A program made the translations under genes and the position numbers. A stretch of DNA of 64,000 nucleotides from positions 247,718 to 311,717 of the forward strand of contig JAVKHQ010000001.1 in NCBI GenBank assembly GCA_031459875.1, in the 5' to 3' direction. The stretch is from Candidatus Fervidifonticultor sextus (GTDB lineage Bacteria; Sysuimicrobiota; Sysuimicrobiia; Sysuimicrobiales; Humicultoraceae). The notes beneath the pieces are model-generated. The model had not been told where the DNA came from. It saw only the letters and a list, made by a program, of their open reading frames with translations, and ran no database searches. Position 1 is the stretch's first letter. Each line of letters opens with the position of its first letter. Positions 36,216 to 46,027 of the stretch are shown here, piece after piece.

Positions 36216-36251
36216 ACTATTTTTATACACCAGATCGAATATTCATACAAG
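36214..36251 (-). promoter_or_regulatory. arg operon promoter overlapped by two tandem ARG boxes
   Basis: TTGTAT-17-TATAAA; cores TGTATGAATATTCG (36236-36249) and TGTATAAAAATAGT (36216-36229) resemble TGnATwwwwATnCA, 20 bp apart. Confidence 0.75.
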
Positions 36252-36278
36252 AGCCGAATGAGGCCGCGGGGCGGCGGG

Positions 36279-37022
36279 CTAGCCCCGAGGCCGCAGCAGG
36301 CGCTCGTAGAGCACCATCGCAGCCGCCACCAGCCCGGCGGTCTCGGTGCGCAGGATCAGCGGTCCCAGGGAGACCACGCGGCCGCCTGCGGCGTGGGCGG
36401 TTGCGACCTCCTCCTCCGTCAGGCCTCCTTCGGGGCCCACGAGCACCGCCGCCGTGGCGAACGACGTGCCCGCGATGACCTCGCCGATGGGCCGGACCGC
36501 CCCCTCCCACAGGACGAGGAAGAGATCCTGGGGGCCCAGCGCGTGCAGCGTCGCCTCAAGCCCGGCCGGCGGCGGGATCTCGGGCACGTCGCCTCGACCG
36601 CACTGCCTGGCCGCTTCGGTGGCGATCCGCCGCCACCGCGCCAGGCGCGCGGGGAGGGGGGCCGACAGCGACCGCGCGGTCAGCACCGGATGGATGGCCG
36701 CCAGACCCACTTCCGTGCCCATGCGGACCACGAGATCCATCCTGGGCGCGCGGGCCACGCCCTGCAGCAGCGCAACGTCCACCGGACGCCGTGAGGCCCG
36801 GGGCGCCCCGATCAGGCGCGCGCTCACGCGTGCCTGATCCACCGCCGTCAACTCGGCTTCGGCCTCCCGCGAACCGTCGAAGACGGCCACGGGCGTCCCG
36901 GCGGACAGCCGGAGGACCGTGGCGATATGATGCGCCTCCCGCGGGCCGAAGACGATGGGATCGGTATCCAGCGTCTCGGGCGTCACGTAGAACCGACGGA
37001 GCGGGCGATCAGGCCGCGGCAT
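36279..37022 (-). CDS. rsmE: 16S rRNA m3U1498 methyltransferase
   Basis: HHIATVLRL, EAARQCGR, VGPEGG, SLGPLILRTETA. Confidence 0.95.
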   Translation of the reverse strand: MPRPDRPLRRFYVTPETLDTDPIVFGPREAHHIATVLRLSAGTPVAVFDGSREAEAELTAVDQARVSARLIGAPRASRRPVDVALLQGVARAPRMDLVVRMGTEVGLAAIHPVLTARSLSAPLPARLARWRRIATEAARQCGRGDVPEIPPPAGLEATLHALGPQDLFLVLWEGAVRPIGEVIAGTSFATAAVLVGPEGGLTEEEVATAHAAGGRVVSLGPLILRTETAGLVAAAMVLYERLLRPRG

Positions 37023-37845
37023 GCACGGCACTCCAACCGCGCAGGTGCTCGGTCCCCACCAGCCGGAGGCCGGCGGCCTCGAATCCGCGCGCGACCTCTC
37101 GGGCACGTGCCGGCGCAAACCCGGATCCCACGATGCGGCCACCGGGCGCCAGGCAGCGCCGGAGGTCCGGGGCGACGGCCGCCAGCGTCTGGGCGGTCAG
37201 GTTGGCCACGATCAGGTCTGCGCGCAGGCGCACGCCGCGGAGTCCGTCGGCCTGGCGCACGGTCACGCGCGCGCCCACCCGGTTGGCGCGCACATTGGCG
37301 CGCGCCGTCTCGACCGCGACCGGATCGTTGTCCAAGGCCAGGACGCGAGAAGCCCCCAGACGCGCCGCGGCGATCGCCAGGACGCCGGAGCCGGTACCGA
37401 GATCGATCACGACCGCCCCGCGGCGCACCAGACGCTCGACCGCCGCCAGGCACAGCTGCGTGGTGGGATGCTCGCCGCTGCCGAACGCCATGCCGGGGTC
37501 CACCCGCAGCACCACGCGGCCCCGCGTCGCCGGAAGTGGCATCCCTGAGGGGACGACCAGCACCCGCCCGACGGCAATCGGCCTGGCGCGCGCCTTCCAG
37601 GCATCAAGCCAGATCCGGTCATCGATCGTGCGCGTCGTCGGGGTCACCGGCGCCAGTTCGCGACGGAGGCGCGCCAGCGCCGTGCGCCCGGCCCTCCCGA
37701 CGGGCAGGTAGGCCCGCAGGATCCTGCGCCGGGGTGTGCCCTCAGACACCTCCGCGAGGCCGCGCGGGCAGTGCCGCAGGAGCACGTCGGCCGCCCACGC
37801 CGCCTGGGAGGGAGGCACACGCACCGAGACCTCGGTCCACCTCAC
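37009..37845 (-). CDS. prmA: Ribosomal protein L11 methyltransferase
   Basis: DPGMAFGSGEHPTT, DLGTGSGVLAIAA, LIVANL. Confidence 0.94.
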   Translation of the reverse strand: MRWTEVSVRVPPSQAAWAADVLLRHCPRGLAEVSEGTPRRRILRAYLPVGRAGRTALARLRRELAPVTPTTRTIDDRIWLDAWKARARPIAVGRVLVVPSGMPLPATRGRVVLRVDPGMAFGSGEHPTTQLCLAAVERLVRRGAVVIDLGTGSGVLAIAAARLGASRVLALDNDPVAVETARANVRANRVGARVTVRQADGLRGVRLRADLIVANLTAQTLAAVAPDLRRCLAPGGRIVGSGFAPARAREVARGFEAAGLRLVGTEHLRGWSAVHAAA

Positions 37846-37853
37846 CGGGACGC

Positions 37854-38978
37854 CTACTGAAGCAGGTCCTTGACCCTCTTGATGACGGGCTTGCGCCGGA
37901 TGCCCTTCTCATGGGGGGGCCGTCTGCCGTCATCTCCGGCGCGTGCGAACTCCTCCAGCAACGCCCGCTGCTCGGCCGTGAGGGTTCTCGGCACGACCAC
38001 CCGCACCTTCAGGTGCAGGTGGCCTCGGCCGCCGTGCAGATCCGGCAGCCCGCGGCCGCGCACGGTGATGGTCTCGCCCGGCTGTGTCCCCGGGGGGATC
38101 GTCACCGCCTCATCGCCGTCGAAAAGCTGCAGGCGGACCTGGCCGCCGAGCGCGGCCTGGACCATCCCGATCTCGAGGTCGGCGTAGAGGTCACGGCCGC
38201 GCCGCACAAACGTCGGGTGGGGCTTCACGTGCACGACCACGTACAGATCGCCCCGGCCGCCGCCGCGCACGCCGGCCTCACCCTCACCGGGCAGGCGGAG
38301 TTGCATGCCGTCCTCGACGCCGGCAGGGATCGTCACCGTGACCTCGCGCTCCACCTGGGCGCGGCCGGATCCCCGGCACTTCTTGCAGGGACGGGCGATA
38401 TAGGTGCCGGTGCCGCCGCAGTCGGGACACGGCCCGATCTGCGTCATGACGCCGAAGACGGTGCGGGAGGTGACGCGGGCTTCGCCGGTGCCGCGGCAGG
38501 CCGGACACTCCTGCGGGCTGGATCCGCGCTCGGCGCCGGTGCCGAAGCAGGTCGGGCAGGTCTCCAGGCGCGGAATGGTGAGACGACGCTCGGTGCCCCT
38601 GGCGACCTCCTCCAGGCTGATCTCGAGGTCATAGCGCAGGTCGCTGCCGCGTACGGGCGCGTCCCGCTCGGCCCGCGCCGGCTGGACCCTACCGCCGAAG
38701 AACATGTCGAAGAGATCCTCGAAGGGGCCGAAGCCGCCGCCGACCGGACCGGTCTCCATCCCGACCCGCCCGAACCGGTCGTACTGGCTTCGTTTGACCG
38801 GGTCGCTGAGAACCTGGTAGGCTTCGTTGATCGCCTTGAACCGCTCCTCGGCCTGCGGGTCATCCCGGCGCACATCGGGATGCATCTCCCGCGCGAGCCG
38901 CCGAAAGGCCTGTTTGATCTCCTCCTGGCTCGCCCGGCGATCCACGCCGAGGATCTCGTAGAAGTCCTGGGAAGCCAT
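37854..38978 (-). CDS. dnaJ: Molecular chaperone DnaJ
   Basis: J domain with HPD, four CxxCxGxG motifs, GDLYV, IPPGTQPG. Confidence 0.96.
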   Translation of the reverse strand: MASQDFYEILGVDRRASQEEIKQAFRRLAREMHPDVRRDDPQAEERFKAINEAYQVLSDPVKRSQYDRFGRVGMETGPVGGGFGPFEDLFDMFFGGRVQPARAERDAPVRGSDLRYDLEISLEEVARGTERRLTIPRLETCPTCFGTGAERGSSPQECPACRGTGEARVTSRTVFGVMTQIGPCPDCGGTGTYIARPCKKCRGSGRAQVEREVTVTIPAGVEDGMQLRLPGEGEAGVRGGGRGDLYVVVHVKPHPTFVRRGRDLYADLEIGMVQAALGGQVRLQLFDGDEAVTIPPGTQPGETITVRGRGLPDLHGGRGHLHLKVRVVVPRTLTAEQRALLEEFARAGDDGRRPPHEKGIRRKPVIKRVKDLLQ

Positions 38979-39023
38979 CAGCACCTTCCGATCTGGCGAC
39001 GGGCCGGCGGCCCGGACGGGTGC

Positions 39024-40055
39024 CTAGGCGGTCGCATCGAGAACTTCGCTCAGGCGGTCCGCCACATAGCGCACCGCCGCGACCGCCCTCCGGTAGCGCA
39101 TGCGGGTGGGCCCCACCAAGCCCACGACCCCGGCCAGGCGACCGCCGGCGCGATAGCCGGCGACCACCAGACTGCACGCGCGCAGCTCCTCGAACCGGTT
39201 CTCCGTCCCGATGGAGACCCACACCCCTTCTCCCGGAGCCGCGGCCAGGGCCTGTCCCAGCACAGACTCCTCGTCAAGCAGCGCCTCCAACACCGCGCTC
39301 GCGACATCCGGCCGTCGGAACTCGGGCTCGCGCAGCAGGTGGCGAACGCCCTCCACGCGCAGTCTGGGGCGCGCCCCGCGGGCCAGGTCCCGGCGCAGCC
39401 AGGCCCGGAGTGCTTCCAGGAGTTGGTGGTATCGCGAGGCCTCACCCACCACCCGTTCCAGCCGTTCGTCGGTGAGATCGGCCAGCAGACTGCCCTGCAG
39501 CCGCTGGGTGATGACCCGGGAGAGTTCGTCCAAGTCCTCGGTGGCGATGCCCGCTGGCAAGGTGATGGGCCGGCCCTGGACCGCGCCGGTGCCGGTGATG
39601 ATGACGGCCAGCGCCCGTTGCTCGCCCAGCGGCAGCAGATGGAGCGCCTGGAAGCGCTGCTGCCGCAGACCGGGTGAGGCGACCACCGACGCATACTGGG
39701 CGATGGCGGCCAGGACATGGGCGGCCTGGTCCAGCAGATCGACCGGCGTCTCCGCGGCGCCGCCCAGCCGCCGGCGGATCGCCTGCCGCTCGGCCTGGGA
39801 GAGGGGCTCGGCCTCCAGCAGCAGGTCCACATACACGCGGTAGCCGCGGTCGGTGGGAACCCGGCCGGCCGAGGTGTGGGGATGGGTCAGCAGGCCCATC
39901 TCCTCGAGCCCCGCCATCGCGCTCCGGATCGTCGCCGAGCTGACCCCCAACTGCTCGCGGAGCGCGCGGTGCTCGGACCCCACGGGCTCGGCGGATCGGA
40001 TGTGTTCCTCCACCACCGCCCTCAGCACCGCCCGCCTTCGCGCATCGAGGTACAC
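39024..40055 (-). CDS. hrcA: Heat-inducible transcription repressor HrcA
   Basis: AEPVGS, VSSATIRS.MA.LE, HPHTSAGRVPTDRGYRVYVD, GLVGPTRMRY; GGAGG RBS before GTG 40055. Confidence 0.95.
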   Translation of the reverse strand: MYLDARRRAVLRAVVEEHIRSAEPVGSEHRALREQLGVSSATIRSAMAGLEEMGLLTHPHTSAGRVPTDRGYRVYVDLLLEAEPLSQAERQAIRRRLGGAAETPVDLLDQAAHVLAAIAQYASVVASPGLRQQRFQALHLLPLGEQRALAVIITGTGAVQGRPITLPAGIATEDLDELSRVITQRLQGSLLADLTDERLERVVGEASRYHQLLEALRAWLRRDLARGARPRLRVEGVRHLLREPEFRRPDVASAVLEALLDEESVLGQALAAAPGEGVWVSIGTENRFEELRACSLVVAGYRAGGRLAGVVGLVGPTRMRYRRAVAAVRYVADRLSEVLDATA

Positions 40056-40072
40056 CGTGGGGCCTCCGGCCG

Positions 40073-40099
40073 TTAGCACTCAAAGCCCGAGAGTGCTAG
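40073..40099. promoter_or_regulatory. CIRCE element (HrcA operator)
   Basis: TTAGCACTC-AAAGCCCGA-GAGTGCTAG, one mismatch to TTAGCACTC-N9-GAGTGCTAA. Confidence 0.95.
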
Positions 40100-40110
40100 A
40101 CGCCGCCTTC

Positions 40111-40140
40111 AACGTAGCACCGCGGTTTTTCGAGTGTCAA
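40111..40140 (-). promoter_or_regulatory. sigma70 promoter of hrcA operon
   Basis: TTGACA-18 bp-TACGTT with TG extension, just upstream of CIRCE. Confidence 0.7.
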
Positions 40141-40211
40141 GGAAGTCCACCAGGCCACCGCATCTGCCACGCCGCCCAGACCGCGGTGACGGAGGCCAGG
40201 AATGGGGAAGG

Positions 40212-41810
40212 TCATCGCGAGGGCGGACGACGGAGCAGGCTGCGCAACAGACCGATCTCCTCGACCCGCAGCCGCGCGCACGCAGCCAGGTAAACCAGCC
40301 CCGCCGCCCCGGCGGCGGCAACCAGGACCGCGGCCTCCCCGGCCCGGTCTGCCGGCACGGGCACACCGACGTGCACGATTGCCCACGCGGCGCCCACCGC
40401 CAGCACGGTCGCGGTCCCGGTGCGGAGCGCCTGGGCCACGGTGCGCCGACCCTCCAGCGCCCCCAGCCGGCGGCTCAGGATTGCCAGCAGGACCCCCACG
40501 TTGACGAACGCGACCATCGCACTGGCCAGGGCGATGCCGGCCGGCCCCCACACCCGCATGAAGGCGTAGGCCAGCACCGCATTGAGCGCCACCATCCCTG
40601 AGCCGGTCGCCACCGGCGTGCGCATGTCGTGCAGCGCGTAGTAGGACCGGGTGACGACGTAGTACGCGGCCATGGGCACCAGGCCGAGCGCATAGGCCGT
40701 CAGGCAGGACGCGACGACGGCGGTCGTCGCCGGCGTGAACTCGCCTCGCTCGAACACCAGCCGGATCAGCGGGCGAGCGAAGACCGCCAGGCCGACCGAG
40801 ACCGGAAGCATCAAGAACACCACGCTGCGCAACCCGAGGGCGGTACTCGCCCGCAGGGCCGGGCGGTCCCCGGCCGCCGCCGACTGGCTCATACCGGGAA
40901 ACAGCACGGTGGCGACCGAGAGGGCCAGGATGCCGACCGGCGCCTGCACAACCTCGTACGCATAGTCGAGGGCGGCCACGGCATTGACGCCCGGGTCCCC
41001 CGGCAGCAGGGACGCGAAGAACCGGCCAACGTAAGCGTTGATCTCCACGATGGCCAGACCCAGCATCGCCGGGGCCGCCAGATGCCGGACGGTTCGGACT
41101 GCGGGATGCGACCAGTCCAGCGTCAGGCGGAAGCGAAATCCTCCGGCCAACAGTGAGGGGACCTGCACGAGGAACTGGGCTGCGGTCCCGGCGATCCACG
41201 CCACCGCCAGCCCGACGATCCCGATGCGCGGACCCAGCCACACCGTCCCCGCGATGGTCACCAGGTTGAAGACGATCGGCGCCACAGCCGGCGGCGTAAA
41301 GCAGCGCTGGGCCTGCAGGTACGCCGTCGCGTAGACCGACAGCGCCAGGAAGAACATCGCCAGGAAGTTGACCCGCGTCAGGTGCACGGTCAGCGCCAGC
41401 TGTTGCGGATCGACGGCAAATCCCGGGGCCGCGATCGGCACCAGCAGCGGGGCGGCGATCTGGCCAGCGAGGACCATCGCGACGCCCACAGCCAGCACCG
41501 CGGTGAACATCTGGGCCGTCACGCGCTGCATCTCGGCCCGCTCCCCCCTGGCCAGCACGTCGGCCAGCGTGGGAATCAGCACGATGCTCAGGGTGCCGCC
41601 CAGCAGCAGGCGCTGGACGAAGAACGGCAGGTAGTAGCCGATGACGTACGCGGCCTTGGCATCCGACGCACCGAACAGCGCCGCCACCACGATCTCGCGC
41701 AGCAACCCCAGCAGCCGGCTGGCCACGGTGGCGGTCGCCAGCAGCGACGCCGCTCGGGCCAGCCGGGCCTGCGGCGGCACGACGCTCACGGGCGGGGCGG
41801 CCCGACCCAC
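40212..41810 (-). CDS. murJ: Lipid II flippase MurJ (MviN)
   Basis: SRLLGLLREIVVAALFGAS, APGF, QFLVQVP, LIRLVFERGEFT, YYALHDMRTP; alternative start 41789. Confidence 0.93.
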   Translation of the reverse strand: MGRAAPPVSVVPPQARLARAASLLATATVASRLLGLLREIVVAALFGASDAKAAYVIGYYLPFFVQRLLLGGTLSIVLIPTLADVLARGERAEMQRVTAQMFTAVLAVGVAMVLAGQIAAPLLVPIAAPGFAVDPQQLALTVHLTRVNFLAMFFLALSVYATAYLQAQRCFTPPAVAPIVFNLVTIAGTVWLGPRIGIVGLAVAWIAGTAAQFLVQVPSLLAGGFRFRLTLDWSHPAVRTVRHLAAPAMLGLAIVEINAYVGRFFASLLPGDPGVNAVAALDYAYEVVQAPVGILALSVATVLFPGMSQSAAAGDRPALRASTALGLRSVVFLMLPVSVGLAVFARPLIRLVFERGEFTPATTAVVASCLTAYALGLVPMAAYYVVTRSYYALHDMRTPVATGSGMVALNAVLAYAFMRVWGPAGIALASAMVAFVNVGVLLAILSRRLGALEGRRTVAQALRTGTATVLAVGAAWAIVHVGVPVPADRAGEAAVLVAAAGAAGLVYLAACARLRVEEIGLLRSLLRRPPSR

Positions 41811-41845
41811 GTCAGGACGCCCGGGGCCGGGCGCGCAGGCCCTGC

Positions 41846-41874
41846 TTGTGAGCCCGTGCCTGCCATGCTAGAAT
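41846..41874 (+). promoter_or_regulatory. sigma70 promoter of rpsT
   Basis: TTGTGA-17 bp-TAGAAT with TG extension. Confidence 0.65.
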
Positions 41875-41920
41875 CGCCCGGGACTGCCCCGCGAGGGGCG
41901 CCGTCTGTGGAGGAGACGTC

Positions 41921-42166
41921 GTGGCAAAGCGCATCAAGTCCGGGTTGAAGCATCTCCGCAAGTCGGCCAGGCGCCGGCTGGCCAACATGGCCGTCAAGTC
42001 GCGGATCAAGACGCTGATGCGCGCTGCCGCCAGCAGCGACCCCAGTCGGGTGGCCGCGGCCCAGGCGGCGCTGGACAAGGCCGCCCGCCGCGGGGTGATC
42101 CATCCCAACACCGCCGCCCGCAAGAAGTCGCGCCTGATGCGCCGCAAGACCGCGCCGGCCGCCTAG
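41921..42166 (+). CDS. rpsT: 30S ribosomal protein S20
   Basis: IKSGLK..R.S..RR..N..VKSRIKT, LDKAARRGVIHPNTAARKKSRL; GGAG RBS. Confidence 0.96.
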   Translation: MAKRIKSGLKHLRKSARRRLANMAVKSRIKTLMRAAASSDPSRVAAAQAALDKAARRGVIHPNTAARKKSRLMRRKTAPAA

Positions 42167-42194
42167 GCGAACCCAGCCTCCGCCGTCCACCACG

Positions 42195-43265
42195 TCAGGC
42201 CCGCGCGCCGATCTCGCGGTGAGGGGCCCGCCGTCTGGTCTCGCAGAGCCGGACGAACAGCGTCTCCAGCGCCAGGCGCGGTGGCATCCCGGTCTTGATG
42301 GCGCGGTCGGCCGCTTCCAGGGCCGCAAAGATCCCGGGGAAGTGCTCGGCGCGGTAGCCCAGCGCCTGGTCTCTGATCTTCCGTGCGATGTACGGCGGCA
42401 CCCCGAGCCGCTCCGCCAGGATGGCGGGCGATCTGGCGGCCTCCCGCGACCCTGCCAGCGTGTGGGCGCGGAGGATCAGGCGGAACTGCCGCGCGACCAT
42501 GAACAGCACCTGCAGCGGCTCGTGCGTGGCCAGGATGTCGTGGAGGGCGCGGAGAGCCGCGGGCCCGTCACCGCCTCCCAGGGCGTCGGTGAGGGTGAAG
42601 ATCGAGGCCTCCCCGGTGCGGGTGGCGATCGCCTCCACGTCGGCGGGCCGCACCAGGGCCCGGTCGCCGACATAGGCCGCCACCTTGGCGGCCTCGTGGT
42701 CCAGATCGCGGAGACTTCCGCCGACCAGCGCCACCAGCGTCTCCGCCGCGCCCGGAGCCATCTGCTTGCCCAGCGCCGCCAACCGGCCGCCCACCCAGGA
42801 AGGCAGGTCGCGCGGCGGCAGCGGCCGGGCCTCGACGATCTCGCCGAGCCGCTTGAAGGTCAAAAAGAGCAGCCGGCGGCGGTCCAGCTCCCGGGCCACG
42901 AAGAGGGCGCGGTTGGGACTGCCGCCGCGCTCCAGGTAGGCGACCAGCGGTGGCCAGTCGGCCTCCCGCATCGCCTCGAGCCGCCGAACCACGACCACAC
43001 GGAAGCGTCCGAAGAAGGGCGCGGTGTCCAGGCGGGTGAGCAGGTCGGCCACCGGCATCGAAGCGTCGAGGACGTCAAGGTTGAGGCGTTGCTCCTCGGG
43101 GCTGAGTGCGGCTTCGATGCGCTGTGCCAGGATCTGCTCGGCGAGGTAGTCTTCCTCCCCGATGATCAGCACGGGCCGCTCCGGCGCCTGGCCGGCCGCC
43201 GTCGCGGGGACTTGCGCCCGGTCCCTCCGCCCCGGCGCGCCCGAGCGGCGCGAAGGATCAGCCAT
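42195..43265 (-). CDS. holA: DNA polymerase III delta subunit
   Basis: IIGEEDYL, TAPFFG..RVVVV, LDHEAAKVAAY, SIFTLTDAL, LEAADRAIKTG; lies between comEC and rpsT. Confidence 0.92.
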   Translation of the reverse strand: MADPSRRSGAPGRRDRAQVPATAAGQAPERPVLIIGEEDYLAEQILAQRIEAALSPEEQRLNLDVLDASMPVADLLTRLDTAPFFGRFRVVVVRRLEAMREADWPPLVAYLERGGSPNRALFVARELDRRRLLFLTFKRLGEIVEARPLPPRDLPSWVGGRLAALGKQMAPGAAETLVALVGGSLRDLDHEAAKVAAYVGDRALVRPADVEAIATRTGEASIFTLTDALGGGDGPAALRALHDILATHEPLQVLFMVARQFRLILRAHTLAGSREAARSPAILAERLGVPPYIARKIRDQALGYRAEHFPGIFAALEAADRAIKTGMPPRLALETLFVRLCETRRRAPHREIGARA

Positions 43266-43482
43266 GGCGGTGCTCGCCCGATCGGAGCCGTTCGATCAGT
43301 TGGGCCACCTCCTCGGCCGCGTCGGGACCCGCCGGCATCTCCGCGCGCGCGATCGTCACCTCGACCAGGTGGCCGGACGCCGTCCCCGGAGGCAGGACCG
43401 CCTCGGGCACATACGCCCGACCGCCGCCCTCCAGCAGGATCACGGCGATCCCGTCGACCACGCGGTCAACGAATCCCCGCAC
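43258..43482 (-). CDS. DUF3006 family protein
   Basis: VDRVVDGIAVILLE...LPPG...G..V; typical ComEC neighbour. Confidence 0.75.
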   Translation of the reverse strand: MRGFVDRVVDGIAVILLEGGGRAYVPEAVLPPGTASGHLVEVTIARAEMPAGPDAAEEVAQLIERLRSGEHRHG

Positions 43483-45934
43483 CGGTGCGCGGGCGCGCGG
43501 TGGCCGCGTGCCACCCTGCGCCGTCGCTGGTCAACGTCACGGCCCCGTCCAGGTCCGTCCGGTAGACTACGACGCCCGCGTCGGACAGCGCCTGCAGGGT
43601 CGCCGGATGCGGGTGACCGAAGACGTTGTCAGCCCCCACGGAGATTACCGCCATCTGCGGCCGCACCCGGTCGAGAAACGCCCGCGTCGTCGACGTCCGG
43701 CTGCCGTGATGGCCCACCTTGAGCACCTGACTGGCCAGCGGCGCCCCTCGGTCCACGAGGAAGCGCTCGGTGGCCGCCTCGGCGTCCCCGGTCAGCAGGA
43801 GCGCTGCCCCGCGGTCGGTCAACCTGGCCACCGCGCCCCCGGCGTGCACGGGATCGCCGTCAAGTTCGGGGATGGGGTCAGGAGGATACAGAATAGCGAG
43901 GCGGACCCCGGCTCCGAGATCGATCAGCACCCCGGCCCGTGCGATCCGGTAGGGAATCCGTGCGGCCTCGATGAGGCGGAGCCACCTCGTGTAGGAGGGC
44001 GACGGATGCGGCACACCGGGATCCAGCACAAGTCCGACCGGGAAGTTCTCCACGACGGCGGGCAGTCCTCCCACGTGATCTTCGTGGGGATGTGAGAGCA
44101 GCAGCACGTCCACCCGTCGGAGGCCGGCCCGACGCAGAGCCGGCACAACGCGCCTGCGGCCCACGTCCCATCCCGTCCGATCGGCGCCGATCTCGCCGCC
44201 CCCGTCCACCAGCGCCGCGCGCCCGGACGGACTCCGGATGAGGATCGCATCGCCCTGGCCCACATCCAGCACGGTGACGACCAGCGCGGGCGGCGGCTGC
44301 GTCGCCGAGCCGACCCACACCGCGCAGGCCACCAGCGCGGCCGCCGCGGCGGAGCTCTGCTGCGTGCGTGACGTCAGCCACGCACCCGACCCGGCAGCGG
44401 CGGCGCCGCCGAGCAGCACGAAGAAGAACGCGGCCACCGACGCCGGGACCGCCGGCGTGGGCACGGTGGCCCACGACAGGCTCCCGAACCGGGTACCGAG
44501 CCAGAGCACGGCATCCAGCCCGGGCCGCAGCAGGCCCACCAAGGGGGTGCCGACGGCAGGGAGCAGGACCACCAGCGGCATCAGCGCGAACCCTGCCGGC
44601 ACGAGCACGGCGATGAGGGGCAGGATCACGAGATTGGCCGCCAGACCGGCCACCGGCACGCTCTGGAAGTGGAAGGCCAACAGCGGGGCCACCGCCGCCT
44701 GCGCGCCGAGGGTGACACCCAGCGCACCGGCCGGGATCGGGCCCAGCCGGGCGAGGCCGCGCTGCAGGACCGGGGTCAAGAAGAGCAGCCCCCAGGTCGC
44801 GGCAAACGAGAGTTGGAACCCAATGTCGAAGAGCGCCGCCGGGTTGAGCGCCAGCAGCGCCAGCAGCGCGGTCGCCAGAGTGGCGGCGCGGTCCGGCTGC
44901 CGGCCCAGGAGGAGCGCGCCCAGCCCGACCGCCGCCATGATCACCGCGCGCCCGACGGAAGGCGCCCACCCGACCAGCGCCGCGAATGCGGCCACGCCCA
45001 GGCCGCTTGAGAGCGCAGCCGCCGTCAGGGACAGGCGGGCCTGCCGCACGGCCCACGCGCACGCGCCGGCCACGATGGCCACCTGGGCCCCGGAGACGAC
45101 CAGCAGATGCACCAGCCCCGCGCGGACGAACTCCTGGTAGATCTCCGCCGGCAGGTGGGTGTCGATCCCCACGAGCAGCGAGAGGAACAAACCGCTCTGC
45201 GGCGCGGGCAGCGCGCGCAGCACGCCATCCACCACCCGACGGCGGATGGACGCGACCGTTCCCCGCACGCTCCACCCACCGGGACGGAGTACCGTCACCC
45301 CGCTCGCCGTCTGGAGGTAGATGACCCCGTCCAGACCGCGGCGCCGCAGCGCGTCGCGCTCGGCCCGCTCGCCCGGGTTCCCCGCGGGCCGTCCGCGGCG
45401 GAAGCGACCGCGGAGGACCACGTCGGCGCCCACGCCGAAGTCGGGTGGCGGCCCGCGTCCGGCGACCCGGACCCACCCGTCGACGGGCTGCATCGGCACG
45501 TCGTGGTCGCCGGGAGGCTGTGGAGCGCGTGGGCCCCGACCTCCCACGCGCGGCACGGGGCCGGCATCTGGAGGCGCGGCGAGCGCGCGCAGGCGCGCGA
45601 CCCCGCGCCAGCCCCCGGCGGCGGCCTCCGGAGGCTCGGAGATCACGCCACGCGCGATCACGGCCTGACCGTCGACAGCGCGCGGCCAGGCAGGCTGACG
45701 GTGGGCAGAGACGGCAGCGTGCGCAACGCCGAGGGCGGCGAAGGCGCAGATGGCTCCCAGGACGGTCAAGCCGCGCCGATGGGCCAGATGGCACAGCGCC
45801 CACGTCCCGCATCCCGCAGCCAGCGTGCCCAGGGCCGCGGGAAGTCCGGGCAGCCAGACCTCGGCCGCAGCAATGCCGGCGGCAAAGGCCGCGGCCGCCC
45901 AGGCGATGGGAGGCAAGGCTCGGAGATAATGCAC
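43466..45934 (-). CDS. comEC: DNA internalization competence protein ComEC/Rec2
   Basis: G..HLLVVSGAQV, GFQLSFAA, LDVGQGDA, SHPHEDHVGG, LLTGD, LKVGHHGSRTS, N.FGHPH, YRTD..GAV. Confidence 0.95.
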   Translation of the reverse strand: MHYLRALPPIAWAAAAFAAGIAAAEVWLPGLPAALGTLAAGCGTWALCHLAHRRGLTVLGAICAFAALGVAHAAVSAHRQPAWPRAVDGQAVIARGVISEPPEAAAGGWRGVARLRALAAPPDAGPVPRVGGRGPRAPQPPGDHDVPMQPVDGWVRVAGRGPPPDFGVGADVVLRGRFRRGRPAGNPGERAERDALRRRGLDGVIYLQTASGVTVLRPGGWSVRGTVASIRRRVVDGVLRALPAPQSGLFLSLLVGIDTHLPAEIYQEFVRAGLVHLLVVSGAQVAIVAGACAWAVRQARLSLTAAALSSGLGVAAFAALVGWAPSVGRAVIMAAVGLGALLLGRQPDRAATLATALLALLALNPAALFDIGFQLSFAATWGLLFLTPVLQRGLARLGPIPAGALGVTLGAQAAVAPLLAFHFQSVPVAGLAANLVILPLIAVLVPAGFALMPLVVLLPAVGTPLVGLLRPGLDAVLWLGTRFGSLSWATVPTPAVPASVAAFFFVLLGGAAAAGSGAWLTSRTQQSSAAAAALVACAVWVGSATQPPPALVVTVLDVGQGDAILIRSPSGRAALVDGGGEIGADRTGWDVGRRRVVPALRRAGLRRVDVLLLSHPHEDHVGGLPAVVENFPVGLVLDPGVPHPSPSYTRWLRLIEAARIPYRIARAGVLIDLGAGVRLAILYPPDPIPELDGDPVHAGGAVARLTDRGAALLLTGDAEAATERFLVDRGAPLASQVLKVGHHGSRTSTTRAFLDRVRPQMAVISVGADNVFGHPHPATLQALSDAGVVVYRTDLDGAVTLTSDGAGWHAATARPRTGAGIR

Positions 45935-45984
45935 CGGCCGGACTGCTCCTCATCAAGGAGATCGGCCGAGGCCGGTGATGCTTG

Positions 45985-46011
45985 CAGGGGGTCGGAGGCG
46001 GCGACCCCCTG
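45985..46011. terminator. GC-rich hairpin after thrS (possible terminator)
   Basis: CAGGGGGTCG-7 nt-CGACCCCCTG perfect 10-bp stem; no U tract. Confidence 0.4.
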
Positions 46012-46027
46012 GGGGCGGGTCGGCCCG

